From Amphiscolops sp. MND2022 (lineage: Eukaryota), in the NCBI GenBank assembly GCA_964187785.1, contig OZ076416.1, forward strand, positions 41,478,001-41,542,000: a DNA stretch of 64,000 nucleotides. The letters run 5' to 3'. Position 1 is the stretch's first letter. Every line of letters starts with the position of its first letter. Below the pieces are notes generated by a model. It did not search any database, was not told the origin of the DNA, and saw only the letters and a program-made list of their open reading frames with translations. The position numbers and the translations under genes were made by a program. Positions 49,661 to 62,661 of this stretch are shown here, one piece after another.

Positions 49661-50022
49661 TTCCAGAGTTTTTGTCGTAGTTGTACAATACTTGTTTCTG
49701 CTTGTCATGCAATGTATATTTAGAGTTATAAATAGAATTACGACACATGATGTAATTCTTTTTATAGAATATGAAGACCATGACACCCAAAAAAACGGGT
49801 GTAATCGACACCATTTTTTCCTTGTGCTCAGGACCTTAGAACCCAATCATTCTTTGAAATAACTCCCGTTCAAAACAGTTGATAAAACCCACACTCCAAA
49901 CCACTGCAAAAGCAGTTCCTCAAAATCAACAGTTGTCCCAGTTTCCAATTTGTTTTGGTGAAATTTTCAGCTGAATTCAAATTCTTCCCCAACAAACCCA
50001 ACACATTTTTCACTTGAGAACA

Positions 50023-50593
50023 ATGGGAAATAAGAGAAACAGAAGGTCTAGAAGACATGAAACACCATCGCCTGACCGAGAATTGATTGAAGCACAAGTA
50101 GAAACACCAATGCAAGGTAATGAAACTTTAACTAATGTTAGTACTGTTATTCAGGAACCTTTAGGTGAAAACGAAAACAGATCTAGTCTGATAGAACCTA
50201 GTCAGATTAGTAACGAAATCCAAGTCTGGACAGAAAACTTCGAACAAAAGGACAATGACAGGATAATGAAAATGAGAGAAGAAATGGAGAACAAGTTTGA
50301 TGCAATTTTGAAAGAAATAAGAACAAGTAAAACAGCATCCACAATGACAAACCCTAGGTCTGAACCAAATGGAATCCACAATTTACAACCTTCGGGATCC
50401 AAAAATGATAAGTCTAGTGGAGTACGCGCATCTAATATAGAAAACTCAGGTACCGAAAATGAGGATAATCATCCCCTCAGAGCCTCTGATATGAGAGAAT
50501 TAAGGAATCCTGCTAGACCACTTTGTCGAAATGTACCGAATCTAGACGAAACAATAATATCAGAAGGGGACTCCGAGGAGGAGGATTATCACA
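50023..50593 (+). CDS. Intact 190-codon ORF stub in an orphan LTR-like segment (MGNKRNRRSRR...coiled coil...EEEDYH|)
   Basis: Stop-free from ATG 50023 to ...GATTATCACA at 50593, with the terminal A as codon position 1. Flanking DNA adds NM and a stop. Confidence 0.6.
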
Positions 50594-50850
50594 ATATGTA
50601 AAGCTTTTCCAAAGTTTCAAGCAGCTTCTCAAAATCGCAAAATTCGCAATTCATCGAGGTAGAAGTGCAAAAAGAAACCTTTTATCCAAGAACAAACGTT
50701 TTGATTTCATTGAACCATTTTCTGAAGTTTCCAAAGATGATAAAAACTTGAAATTTTCCTGATAAAAGTGGAACGTGTCTTTGATAAATGTACACAAGTT
50801 TTGCTTTCATCTAGTATGATTATTGAGTTGGTGGAAACTTGTTGAGAAAT

Positions 50851-51245
50851 ATTCAAGAAGTGCTTAAGTTGAACAGATTTCCGATGAACGCTGAAACTAA
50901 TTATTTGTATACGTGACAAATTTCGGCAAACACGAAATAAACGAGTGTGTTCATTCTGTCACAACGAATATTCATGCACTGAACACAAAATCACTTGTTC
51001 AAGCTCGAGATTTTGGAATATTTTATTTTGTGTTCAAAAGTTGATTTCATCTCGCGTGAGTTTCAAGCTGTTGAAAACTTGATATTCAAGAGGTGCTTAA
51101 GTTGAACAGATTTCCGATGGACGCTGAATCTAATCAATCTATATACGTGGCACATTTGTGCAAATTCAAAATAAACGGGTGCGGTCATTCCATCAAAATG
51201 AATATTTATGCATTAAACATAAAATCATGTCTTCAAGCTTGAGAT
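50851..51245. repeat. Degenerate tandem duplication with a 233-bp period
   Basis: ATTCAAGA(A/G)GTGCTTAAGTTGAACAGATTTCCGATG at 50851 and 51084. Confidence 0.8.
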
Positions 51246-52336
51246 TTCAGTTTAAAAATCCCGTTTTCTAAAATGCAGGACAAAGTTCGTGTAACTTCGT
51301 ACCTAACAGACAAGAACCGTGCTGTTTTTTTCAAGGCTACGACCTCTTATACCACTTGAAACATTGCGATGTTTCAGGTTTGAAAAGTAAAGTAACTTGG
51401 GAAAGCTTAGCAAATCACAGAACTTAAAAACACCACAGCAACGCTATATTTTACAAGCAAATCAATAAAAAAGAACTTCGGAGCGACATTCCAAACATAC
51501 ATGTTTGACACAAGTGACTCATCATCGAAGGAACTAGCAGGAAGCAGCCATACTTCATTAAATTGGAATTAGCTTCGCGATATCCTCTCATTTTAAGTCG
51601 GCGCTTTATGAAATAAGCCGGGAAAGGCCCCATTCGACTCCCCGCTCAATTTTTGACGAAACCAAGTTTTTTAAATATGCACAGCGACACATTTGCGAAA
51701 CATTTATCAAACTTACAACACTAAAAAATACGCGAAGGGCTACCCATAAGACTCGAAATGACTCGAAAACCGCTTTTTCTCAATTGGAAACATCGAAAAC
51801 TCTCCTTTGTGATGATAAACATTTTTTTCCTTCGGAAAAAGTCCTAGTACCAGAAAGCAGCTTTAATTCCGAAAACCGCCTGTTTCAAGGGGGTACAGTA
51901 TCATCAAATGAAAGTTTTTTCAAAAAAGTTGCACAGAACCGAGAAAAACTGTAGGTCCTTTCCACATTTTTTCCAGAAAACTTTTATCAGTTCCACAGGA
52001 TCAAAATAGAATCAAAAAGGGTCTCTTAGGACTTGGAAAAGGGATTTCCTTAACAAAAACCACACACAAAAAAAACAAAAGTTCTAACGAAAACTTTTGA
52101 ATTTGAAACAGTTTTTCAGTTTGTCACACTATGCCAAATAAACCTCAAACGGCACTCTATGCTCGCAAAGCGCTTCGTTTTTGCCTAAAGTCAAGATCGC
52201 TCTTCGGTGAAACAACGTCCCCAAAGAAGTCCCATAGTGCTGTTTGATCTAGTTTGGACCCCTCTACTGTTGCAGGCTTAAAGAATTTTGGTTTAGAGAG
52301 ACTCGAACATACATATTCCTGTTGCTCAGATCCCGT

Positions 52337-53487
52337 TTTTACGTCTGCAAGGTAAACTAATAAAAACACTTACAAAGCTTTACGACGGCCTGGTTGACAA
52401 CTTGCGGACAACTTTAAAACTTATTTGTCCAGGAAAGGCACTTGCAAAAATCACTTCTCAGAACCTTCAATGGGTGGTATTGCAACTATTTTCAATGGAA
52501 AATCTAGCTTGCGTTACTTTCAATAAGTTTCCGAAGTCGGTGAAGCAATTACTGCATCTTTGACTTTGCACTTATTCTGTTTCAAAATCATAAAGTAGCT
52601 TTGGAGCTCTAAATTGTGACTATGGGAATCAACTTAGCTGTCTCGATGAGTGGTAGCATCGTTGATCTGCTAAACCAACGATAAGTCCAAATCCTTGCGT
52701 CCTCGATAACTTTCTCAAGCAAAAATATCGCAACCATATGCAAAATAATAAATTGACGTTCGAATTTCGAAACAATATAATATCACTTGTTCAACTCCAA
52801 AATGATCTTCAATAGCCAGACTTAACTGAATTAATTGAACGAGAAACTTCCAAGCTTTCACTTTCTTCAATACTTGAGTAGCAAAGTCGACTGATTTTGA
52901 CCTCTACTTGGTTGCTGGTCTCTTAAGAGTTAACTCTGGTTACTTTTTAAATACAGAAAATACCTAATGGCGGATGTTTGTGGTTAAATTTATCATCACC
53001 GTACAAGCGCCTTGATATATAGAATAAGCAGAAACAAACTATTCAGCTGAGTTGAAGATATACACCGAAATATGTAAAAATATATATAAAAAGCATACAT
53101 TTACACGATTTTATGGTCCATGATTATATATGGTTATTTGAACTCAAAGCTTCTATCAGGTTACAAACACTCTATCGGCTTCCGCCTGGACAAGATATAG
53201 CCAAATATGACCTACTTGAAATGTGTATTACACAAACAGAATGATAAAGCACCAAATTTGTACTACATCAGAGGGAAGTCTGATTTTGATCCAGAAAAAC
53301 TTTTTTTTGAAATTTTTGTCTCCGATTCTCAATTTTCTTGCCCAAATCGGTCGAAAGCCATAAAAATCTGCTGTTTGCTACTTTTGACTTCGAAATCCAA
53401 AAAATAACGTCTTTGTAGCAGTTCGAAAACCAGGATTTTCGACCCTTTCTGGTCACAATTTCTCAAGTCAATTTTGAGGCACCAACA
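52337..53487 (-). repeat. BEL 3' LTR (TG...AA)
   Basis: Aligns throughout with 59953-61102, roughly 95% identical by eye. PPT AAAAAGGGGCCGGCGT precedes it. Confidence 0.92.
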
Positions 53488-53552
53488 ACGCCGGCCCCTT
53501 TTTCAGATTGAAAACGCTCTTTAAAAACTGGCACCAATTTTATCACAGGTCG

Positions 53553-56500
53553 TTACAGTGTACCGTTATGAGTTTTGATGAGAACAGATCTCACAACGCC
53601 ATCTTTTACTGGGTAAGTCTGAAGAACTCTTGCCATCTTGTAATGAGATCGCTTCACATTGTCTTCTATCAACCAAACAAGATCTCCAACTTGAAGATTT
53701 GGTTCTGACTTGTTCCATTGTGATCTCGCATTGTTCTGAGGTAGGTAATCTTTGACCCATCGTTTCCATATCATGTCTGCATAAGCTCGACAAGATCGAA
53801 CCATTTTCCGATGATTAGCATATAACTCCGCATTCGGGATAAAGGGTATACAAATGTTTGCTCGACCCAGAAGAAAATGATAGGGCGTAAGTGCTTCCAA
53901 ATCATTGGGATCATCACTTGCTGGAGTAATTGGTCGGGCATTCAAAGTTTGTTCAACCAAACACATAGTCGTAGTCAATGATTCGTCATTTAGTGCTCGA
54001 TTACCAAGAATGGCTATTATTGCCTTCTTGCAACTTCTGACTAATCGTTCCCAAACACCCCCAAATTGAGGTGCTCCGGGAGGGTTGAATTTCCATACAA
54101 CGTGTTTTTGAGCCAGCTCTGAAGTAATTTGGTGATGATTCCACGAGTTGATGTACTCTTTCAACTCTCTTGCAGATCCAACGAAGTTCGTACCATTATC
54201 GCTAACGATGGTTGCTGGTTTGCCACGTCTAGCAATAAATCTGTTGGTAGCTACCAAACAAAAATCTGTGTCAAGGCTTCGCACAACTTCGATGTGTACA
54301 GCTCTGGTAGTCAAACATGTAAATAAACAGCACCAACGTTTCATAGATCTTCGTTACAAATTTACTTCAAACGGACCAAAATAATCCACCCCAACGTTGG
54401 TAAAGGGATATGATTGATACTCAAGTCTTTCTGGGGGTAGGTCGGCCATAAGCGGGGTTTTACTCTGTGCACGTAATTTGCGACAGAATACGCAGCTACT
54501 TTTGATACTCCTCAAAGCATTCCGTAACCCGAATATCCAAAATTTTCGTTGAATAACACCTCTCACATACTCTACACCTTCCTGATTGTGTTCAAAGTGT
54601 AGATCTCGCAACATGGTTGTTACCATATCGTGTTTCGTAGATAACAATACTGGGTGACGTTGTTCAAAGCTCAAGTTAGCATGCTTGATGCGTCCCCTAA
54701 TTCTGATAACTCCTTTTTCATCAAAAAAGGGTTCAAATTTTGACAGGTTTCCGCACTTTTTAGTTTAACCGAAACTTCCCTTTTCATTAAAAAGTTCGGC
54801 GAAAGATTCTCTTTGAATCATTTTCAAAACTCGTTCTTCTGCTCGATTCAATCCTTCAACGAGTAAAATTTTCGAATGACTTCTATACCTCAAACGCAAA
54901 CAAAACGCCATAACACGGACGCATTTCGAAAAACTACTAAATGTTTTCCAATTAACCGCTTACTCCTGAGTCATTCTTGTGTTCGCTACTACCGCAACTT
55001 CAGCATGATCCTCACGAATCACGTTCACTGGCTGCGAAGATAAAGGCCAATCATCAGGATGGTCTCTCAACCAAGAGGGTCCAGTTAACCATTCACTGTC
55101 TGATAACTTCTCTATGGTTATTCCACGAGTTCCAATGTCAGATGGATTCAACTCGCCTCGGATATGTTTCCATTCATCAATAGTCGAATTTTCCAGAATC
55201 TCAGCAGCTGCTCTGTTGGCAACAAAGACGTTCTGCCTTTTGTCCGCTGAGTTTAACCATTGTAATACAGTAACGGAATCTGTCCAATGAGTAACACTAT
55301 TAATAGGTAGATCATGTTCTTGAATAATCAATTTTCTCAACCTCACGGAATATAAGACTGCTTGTAGCTCAAGACGTGGAATAGACAACTGTTTGATAGG
55401 AGCTATTCTACATTTGCCCACTACAAAGGACACTTCGATGCCCTCTTCGGTTTCTCCTCGAAAACAGGCAACAATGCACATTGCTTCCAATGAGGCATCA
55501 CTGAAAATATGTAACTGCACGTTTTTGGGATTTTGGAAAAATTCTTCCGGGGTAGGGATGTCTGCTTTATTGTCTGCATTTCTTTTACCCACTCGAGAAA
55601 GATTCGCTTATCTTCTTCGTTGATATTTTCGTCCCATGACTGACCTAAACAGATCCATATACTTTTCAAAAGCATCCTCATTCGTATGGTAAACGGTACA
55701 ACAATTCCCATGGGATCAAATACCGATGAAACAAAAGATAATACCACTCGCTGTGTCACTTCGTTCGGCCATCCTTTGTTTGGTCCTCGGCAGACTTGAA
55801 GACTGTTCGCATCTATTATACATTCTAGACCTAGGATGGGTGATGACTCTGCGTGTAATGTAAAGTCATTAGTATCCAAATGATCTTCCGCGGGGACAAT
55901 TTCAAGCACTTCAGGGCAATTGCTCGCCCACTTCTTCAAAGTGAAGCCACTGCGCTTCAGTGTTTCCACCAACTGCTGACAACATTCAATGGCCTCTTGT
56001 GGTGTATGAACACTCTTGACGAGGTCGTCCATATAGAAGTTTCTGTCTATTGTAGTTGCTGCACCGGAAACTCCTTTTTGTTATCTCTCTTTGTTATCTC
56101 TACTTGTTGGAAACCATAATTGGCACACGTTGGGGAACTCTTTGCTCCAAACACATGCCGGTTGTACTCAAAAATTCCAATGTTATCATCTGGTCTAACT
56201 CGCCAGAGAAAACGAAAATCTCTAAATTCTTCCTTTGGAACTGCTACTTGTAAAAACATTGACTCTATATCGGCAGTGATTGCTATCTGATGTTCTCTGA
56301 ACCTGAAAATTATTCCAACCAGATTCCGCAGTAGGTCAGGTTCACTAAGTAGCTTGTCATTCAACGGAACTCCCTTGAACTTTGAGGCTGCATTGCAAAC
56401 TCTTCTGACTTTGCCTGGATTGTGCGGATGTTTCACTGGATGATGAGGTAAAAAACATTGCGTATCATTTTCAAACTTGTCAATCTCCTCTTGATTGAGT

Positions 56501-57627
56501 TTTCTATCAAAACTACTTTGTATATCCTTTTCAATTGTAGCTTGATATGCATGTTTCATTTCTGAGTCCTTCTCTAGTCTCATTTCCATCGATAAGAACT
56601 GTTGATAAGCTGAGTAAAAATTGTTAGGCAGATCGTGATTGTCATCGGCCCACATTAAACTAACTTCATAACGCTCGCCGTTGTGTTTTGTTGTTCTTTC
56701 TAAAAGTGACAGTGCTCTCTTTTGTTCTTTGGATCGACCAGAGACATCACACACTGAAGCGTATGTATCCATGTCCCACCATTTTTTCATCTGATTTGCC
56801 AATTGGTTGGATGCAACTGAAAGATTACAGGACACTGATAGGTTACTCGTTTCCTTTTTTGGCAAGGCTCCGCTAATGGTCCAACCCAGTGCCGTTTTAA
56901 CTGCCCACGGTTGATTTCGTTCGCCTGATTTGTATTCCAGCGGCCTGATCAAATGATAAGCATCCTGACCGAGAATGACTTTAACATCAGTCATAGAGAC
57001 TCTTTTGTTAGGCAGATCAGATAAATAGTTGTACTCTTCTTTTAGGTTTCTGAAGTCATAGTCTTTTTCACCAACAATTAAGTTAGGATGACTACAGAAC
57101 GTTACAGTCTCTCCAGCAGTTTCTGCCTCGCTGGAACCCACTTTGGCTGTTACTATTTGCGTTTTCAAATCAGACAAACCGTGAATGCCAGCAACGGACA
57201 TTACTGATTCTTTACCTTTCAACCTGAGAAGATCAACCAAAGTTTGATCCATAAACGAAACAGTGGATCCGGTTTCACAGAGCGCAATGGTTTCAACACA
57301 TCTTTTTTCATTACCTATCGAAATAGGAATCAGCTGTAAGAAACCGCTGCTTCCCGTTGAAAGCAATGAAGAACTGCCGGCCCTGTTTTGAGACAGAGGA
57401 TCTTCCGTTTTCTTTTCCTTGGTGTCTCTAACAATTTTCTGCGAATCCGAATGTAGGAACCTGTTGTGGTTCTTAGTGCAACAATTCACACCACAAACAC
57501 GTTCTGATTTACAGTCTTTAATTGAATGTGCGATTAAGCAACAAAAGCAAAGTTTCAGTTTCTTCATTGTCTCGTATCTTTCATTACCACTTTGTTTTTT
57601 AAACTTGGCAAAGTTCATGATCGCCAT
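53553..57627 (-). pseudogene. pol: BEL/Pao pol: Cys-His knuckle, protease, RT (FYMDD), RNase H (HIFSDAS), integrase (GVDYFGPF, SDNGTNF) and DUF5641-like tail
   Basis: ORFs 56047-57627, 55421-56032, 54960-55592, 54354-54674 and 53553-54344. Confidence 0.92.
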
Positions 57628-59868
57628 CCTTTACCGGACATTGTTTGTTAGGCGCTGAAGTGGTTTTATTTTGATCATTCGACACAAATGTTGACGTCTT
57701 TACCTTTTTGGAAGAGCTTTTTTTATCTGACGGCGATCGGAATTGCACCGTCAGCTCATCGTGAACATAAGCAACTTCGTTGAGCCATTCGCTGAACTTA
57801 CAAAGATCAGCATGGTAGTATCCTTTGCTCTTGGCAAGGAAAAACCACTTGGTTTTCAGTTCAGGGGAAAACTTTCTCAAGGCTGAATTCAGAACGGACT
57901 CTGAATACAAGTCTCCTGTGAAACCAGACTGTTTCAAAACATTTACACAAGTAGTGATCAACTAAGCATACTTAATGATAGCCGCCGAGTCATGCGATTT
58001 GATGAATGGACTCCAACGGATTTGTTGCATCTGAGCATTGACAATTGTTTGTGGACGTCCGAAATTAGTAACCAAAGCATTCTAAGCTGCACTGTACATG
58101 ACTCCTGAGTGTCCGAGACCCACAACTGCCGCCTTGGCTTTGCCTTTAACGAGTGTTTTCAAATGACTCATTTTAGCATTGTCGTCAATTGGCGCATTAT
58201 GGATCGTAGCTGTAAATAAGCTAGACCACTCTGGCCACTCTAATGGGTCTCCGTAGAATTCAGATAGTTTGAGTTTCGGTAAACTTGTTTGCACAAAGTG
58301 TACAGGTGGTTGAATTTGCAATTCATGTTTGAAAGATGGAAACCGATTTTCAACTTCGATTGACGGTTTCCCAAATTCATATTTAGGCTTCGGTTCGTCA
58401 TTACCTCGCTGAAGTGAGGTGATTGTTTTTGGAAGAGTAATCACAGGGTTTTTCCTCTGAGGTGACTTACTCGTAGCCCTGTTTTGAGGTTGCGATGGCA
58501 TTGGTTGATTCTTCTGATGAGAATATTCTGGAAGTCTCTGAGGCAATGCACTCGACCCCCCTTGTTTTCTACTTCTCTCCTAGATTCGTTAGGTTGGGAG
58601 AAACACTTGTCAAAATTCTGATCACTTTGCTCTAACCAACTTTTGATGTCGCTGTTTTTGTCTTCTTCAAGTACGAGAGACATCAGGCTTGGAAAAATTG
58701 ACGGAGCACGAGAACACCCTTCAGCCTCTTCTATCTGCAGTCGCATTTCGTGTTGCTCAAGCGCTTTCCTGCTCTCCATTTCAGCAATTTCAACTTCAGC
58801 TTGTAAATCAAAGAGCTTCTGGTTCATCTCCAATTCCATTTGTTTCTTTGTTTTCTCCAATCTTAACTCTCGCAGTCTCTTCTCAATTTCCATTTGAGAC
58901 TTTTGCTCTGATACTTTAGCATGCATCTCTAAGCGCTGTCGTTCACTTACTTTTGACAAGTCGGAACCCACCTTCGATCCCCGAGGTTTGTAGATATCGC
59001 TTTTCGGCAAAGTTCTTGAAGGTGAAAGATCCACTAGCGAACGTCTCTTCGCTGTACTCAAAGTCAATGATCCTGTTTGTCGAGGAGCAACTTCCGCACG
59101 ATTCTCACCTTTATCGAACACTGTCGATTGGTTAACTTCTCTCAGCAGTTTCAATCCTCTTAGCAGAGTCTCATTCGCCTTTTGTTTCGTTGAGGCGCCG
59201 GAAACATTTACGTTGTCTTTCGAAAACTGTGAACGTACAACATCTGACTTAATAGATTCTTCAGGAAAAATTGTAACCCTTTCCATTTCATCAAGTCTTT
59301 CCTCAGGATTTGAAAAGATTGTTTTATTATCTAAGTTTTGGGAAGTGACATCAAATTCTGCACTCATTTCTTCTACATAGGGATTTGAAGTCTCAACATA
59401 TGACAAACATTTTTGTGTTACCTCTTGTAACAGCAGCTTAGCCTTTTCAAGCTCCTCTTCTTTTGGCTTCAAGAAATTTTGATGAAATGGTTGTAAAAAA
59501 CTTCTTTGTTGGTTCAAGATCTCTTCTAGTTTTTCCTCCAGGTCTTGAACTTCAGGTAAAACTGATTTAATTCTAGTAGCTCTCGCCCCTTTAATCATTA
59601 ATTGCTGGAGGTTTTCTGCCTTCGCTTGAAAATCATCCATTATTCGATACCAGTGGTCAGCTGCTCGACAATATTTCAAAACATCCTCATTACTTCTTGC
59701 ATACTTTGCAAGTAATTTTATACCGTCAAATTGTGGGAACACTTCTGTCCAATTAGAGAGACATTGATCGATTTTTTTTAAAAGATCTGTCTTTACTTCT
59801 CTGCGGGCGCTATGGTATCTGTCTTTGAGCATAGGCAGACCAAACTCAATTGTTTTCCCACTGGCCAT
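57599..59868 (-). pseudogene. gag: BEL/Pao gag: long coiled-coil N-terminus plus DUF1759-like segment (EFYGDPLEWPEWSSLF)
   Basis: ORFs 58441-59985, 58082-58546 and 57599-57961. Confidence 0.85.
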
Positions 59869-59933
59869 TGTTTTGCAAATAAATAAATTGGAAGTACTAA
59901 TTGCTTGAAAAAAAGTTTGCAAAATGTGCCTTC

Positions 59934-59950
59934 CCGGGTCGCGGCACCAA
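59934..59950 (-). promoter_or_regulatory. PBS, tRNA-His-like (TGGTGCCGCGACCCGG)
   Basis: Close to the complement of the animal tRNA-His 3' end (TGGTGCCGTGACTCGG). Confidence 0.7.
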
Positions 59951-59952
59951 AA

Positions 59953-61102
59953 TTTTACGTCTGCAAGGTAAACTAATAAAAACACTTACCAAGCTTTACG
60001 ACGGCCTGGTTGACAACTTGCGGACAACTTTAAAACTTATTTGTCCAGGAAAGGCACTTGCAAAAATCACTTCTCAGAACCTTCAATGGGTGGTATTGCA
60101 ACTATTTTCAAAGGAAAATCTAGCTTGCGTGACTTTCAATAAGTTTCCGAAGTCGGTGAAACAATTACTGCATCTTTGACTTTGCACTTATTCTGTTTCA
60201 AAATCATAAAGTAGCGTTGGAGCTCTAAATTGTGACTATGGGAATCAACTTAGCTGTCTCGTTGAGTGGTAGCGTCGTTGATCTGCTAAACCAAACGATA
60301 AGTCCAAATCCTTGCGTCCACGATAACTTTCTGAAGCAAAAATATCGCAACCATATGCAATATAAAAAATTGACGTTGGAATTTCGAAACAATATAATAT
60401 CACTTGTTCAACTCCAAAAAGCTCTTCAATAGCCAGACTTAACTGAATTAATTGAACAGGAAACTTCAAAGCTTTCACTTTCTTCAATACTTGAGTAGAA
60501 AGTCGACTGATTTTGATCTCTACTTGGTTACTTGTCTCTTAGGAGTTAACTCTGGTTACTTTTCAAATACAGGAAATACCTAATGGCGGATGTTTGTGGT
60601 TAAATTTACCATCACCGTACAAGCGCTTTGATATATAGAATAAGCAGAAACAAACTATTTAGCTGAGTTGAAGATATACACCAAAATATGTAAAAGTATA
60701 TATAAAAAGCATACATTTACACGATTTTATGGTTCATGATAATATTTGTTATTTGCACTCAAAGCTTCTATCAGGTTACAACACTCTATCGGCTTCCGCC
60801 TGGACAAGATATAACCAAATATGACCTACTTGAAAGGTGTATTACACAAACAGAACGATAAAGCACCAAATTTGTACTATATCAGAGGGAAGTCTGATTT
60901 TGATCCAGAAAAACTTTTTTTTGAACTTCTTGTCTCCGATTCTCAATTTTCTTGCCCAAATCGGTCGAATGCCTCAAAAAAATCGGCTGCTTGCTACTTT
61001 TGTCTTCGAAATCCAAAAATAACGTCTTTGTAGCAGTTCGAAAACCAGGATTTCCGACCCTTTCTGGTCACAATTTCTCAAGTCAATTTTGAGGCGCCAA
61101 CA
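59953..61102 (-). repeat. BEL 5' LTR (TG...AA)
   Basis: Followed on the - strand by TTT and then the PBS. Confidence 0.92.
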
Positions 61103-61107
61103 CTCGT

Positions 61108-61269
61108 TGTCGCGACCCCAGAGGCGTCACGGGACACATACAACGGGAGGAACGCCTGAAGAAGAGAGTGAGGAAATCAATCAGAACTGACCAGAATTAC
61201 CATAAACAAATCTAAAATAAAAAGGACAACAAACAGCTTGATATTATTTGAATAACACACAATCGTACA
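61108..61269 (-). repeat. Short 3' LTR (TGTACG...CGCGACA) of a separate minus-strand element, with PPT AGAGGAGGGGAA at 61270-61281
   Basis: TG...CA ends. The PPT resembles that of the 49-5653 Gypsy element. No coding body is visible in the window. Confidence 0.6.
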
Positions 61270-62172
61270 TTCCCCTCCTCTGTGCTGTAGCTAAAATACA
61301 TACATATGTAAATAATTAGATAATAATAGTAAATGCAGTATTTGTTTAGTCAACCTAGCCAGTGCGCTGACTGAAATTAATTCAATCAACGCGTTGACTG
61401 GGGATTCGCCTCAGCTGAAGTAGCAAATTTCATTAAGCCAATTCATATTGACCAATCAGATTCGAGCGCAGTTGTTACAAATTGAATAACTGAGTCAACA
61501 TCCCAGGCAACTTACCAGTCGACTGAAGCTGGGACGCTCGCTCAGTCGCACTACCTGAGTACTCAAATTATAATTAATCGATGCAATTTTCAAATGAGTT
61601 TGTCACAGCTTAAAAGAAGCTAAGTACCAAAAGAACACCTAATAAACGCCAATCAACGACATTTTGAGGTATCATAATATGTTTAATCCACTTTCCATCT
61701 GAGTCAATCTCCCAGGCAAGGCGCTATTTTTCCTTAATGAAACTACGGCCTGGACAGATGATTGAAAATAGTTAATTGAAATGCAACTTCCAACCACCTA
61801 AATTGCAAAGCCGTCCTTGTTGATTATAATATATAATAATATTGTGATAAAATAACCCCCCCGTGCTAACATTCACCTTCACATGTATTGTTCTGTTCAT
61901 GTATAATTGAGTCAACCGCCTGGTCAACCGGCTAGGCTACTCGAAATGAAACATGTTACCTGGCGTTCATCCAGGATTTTATTGTTCGGTTCAACTTAAA
62001 ATGCCATTTGACAGCCATAATTATCTGATTTAATGTAAATCAGTGCTGTTGAATTATTCATTTGAAGCTTTTCCCTTAATTTATTGGCAGTAAAATTTGG
62101 GATTATTCGATGACAATTTCACTTTCCTTTCCCGCTTTAGTAGCTAGGTTCATGAATTTCAGTGCCAACTTT

Positions 62173-62340
62173 GGTTCGGCGTCTTGAATTGGCGGGAAGC
62201 TGAGAAGAAAGCGAAGCGGAATTGGGACTTCGGCAGGAAGTTGATTCCCACTTTTCCTTAAAAGTGAGATGACGCCGAGAGCCGAGTCCCGAGGATGTGG
62301 ACCTGATTCAAAGTTTCCCGCCTCGGAAGGACGCCGAGCT
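62173..62340 (+). other. Multi-helix RNA secondary structure upstream of the gag ORF
   Basis: Four nested complementary helices containing several G-U pairs (see findings). Confidence 0.6.
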
Positions 62341-62661
62341 GAACAAGGTGTGAATTCACGCGCGGGATTTATTCCGCGTGTCTAGCGTAAAGTATAAATA
62401 CCTGAAGCGGGATAAGGAAAGGACCAGAATTAATTTCATGATTGTACTAACTACTTTGATCGCCTTTTCAAGTATTGTTTTGTAATTCTTTACCTTTGAT
62501 AATAGTTGATTTCACCCGTTTGTTGAAACCATTCGTCCGTAAATTTTGAACTTTTGGATATTATTTTGTGATCAACAAGCGTTGCTTGGGAATAGTTTAC
62601 CTGTAACTATTATCAGGGAAATACTCAATTCAATTTTCCAAGCAGGAATACTTTCTTGAAA

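Larger units (their letters stand above)
52337..61102 (-). mobile_element. Full-length, decayed BEL/Pao LTR retrotransposon
   Basis: About 1.15-kb LTRs at 52337-53487 and 59953-61102. TSD CCCGT/CTCGT, PBS and PPT present; BEL-type gag-pol. Confidence 0.93.

Noticed and set aside
59934-59985. LTR-initiated read-through in the 52337-61102 BEL element (MFLLVYLADVK|FWCRDPG)
   Set aside because: The ORF-track start is not ATG and only about 11 codons lie in the LTR. The first ATG (MASGK, 59868) is downstream of the PBS, as is normal.
62200-62215. Hammerhead ribozyme core within the RNA structure (CTGAGAA...GAAA)
   Set aside because: G8 of CUGANGA is not conserved and there is no stem II between the motifs.
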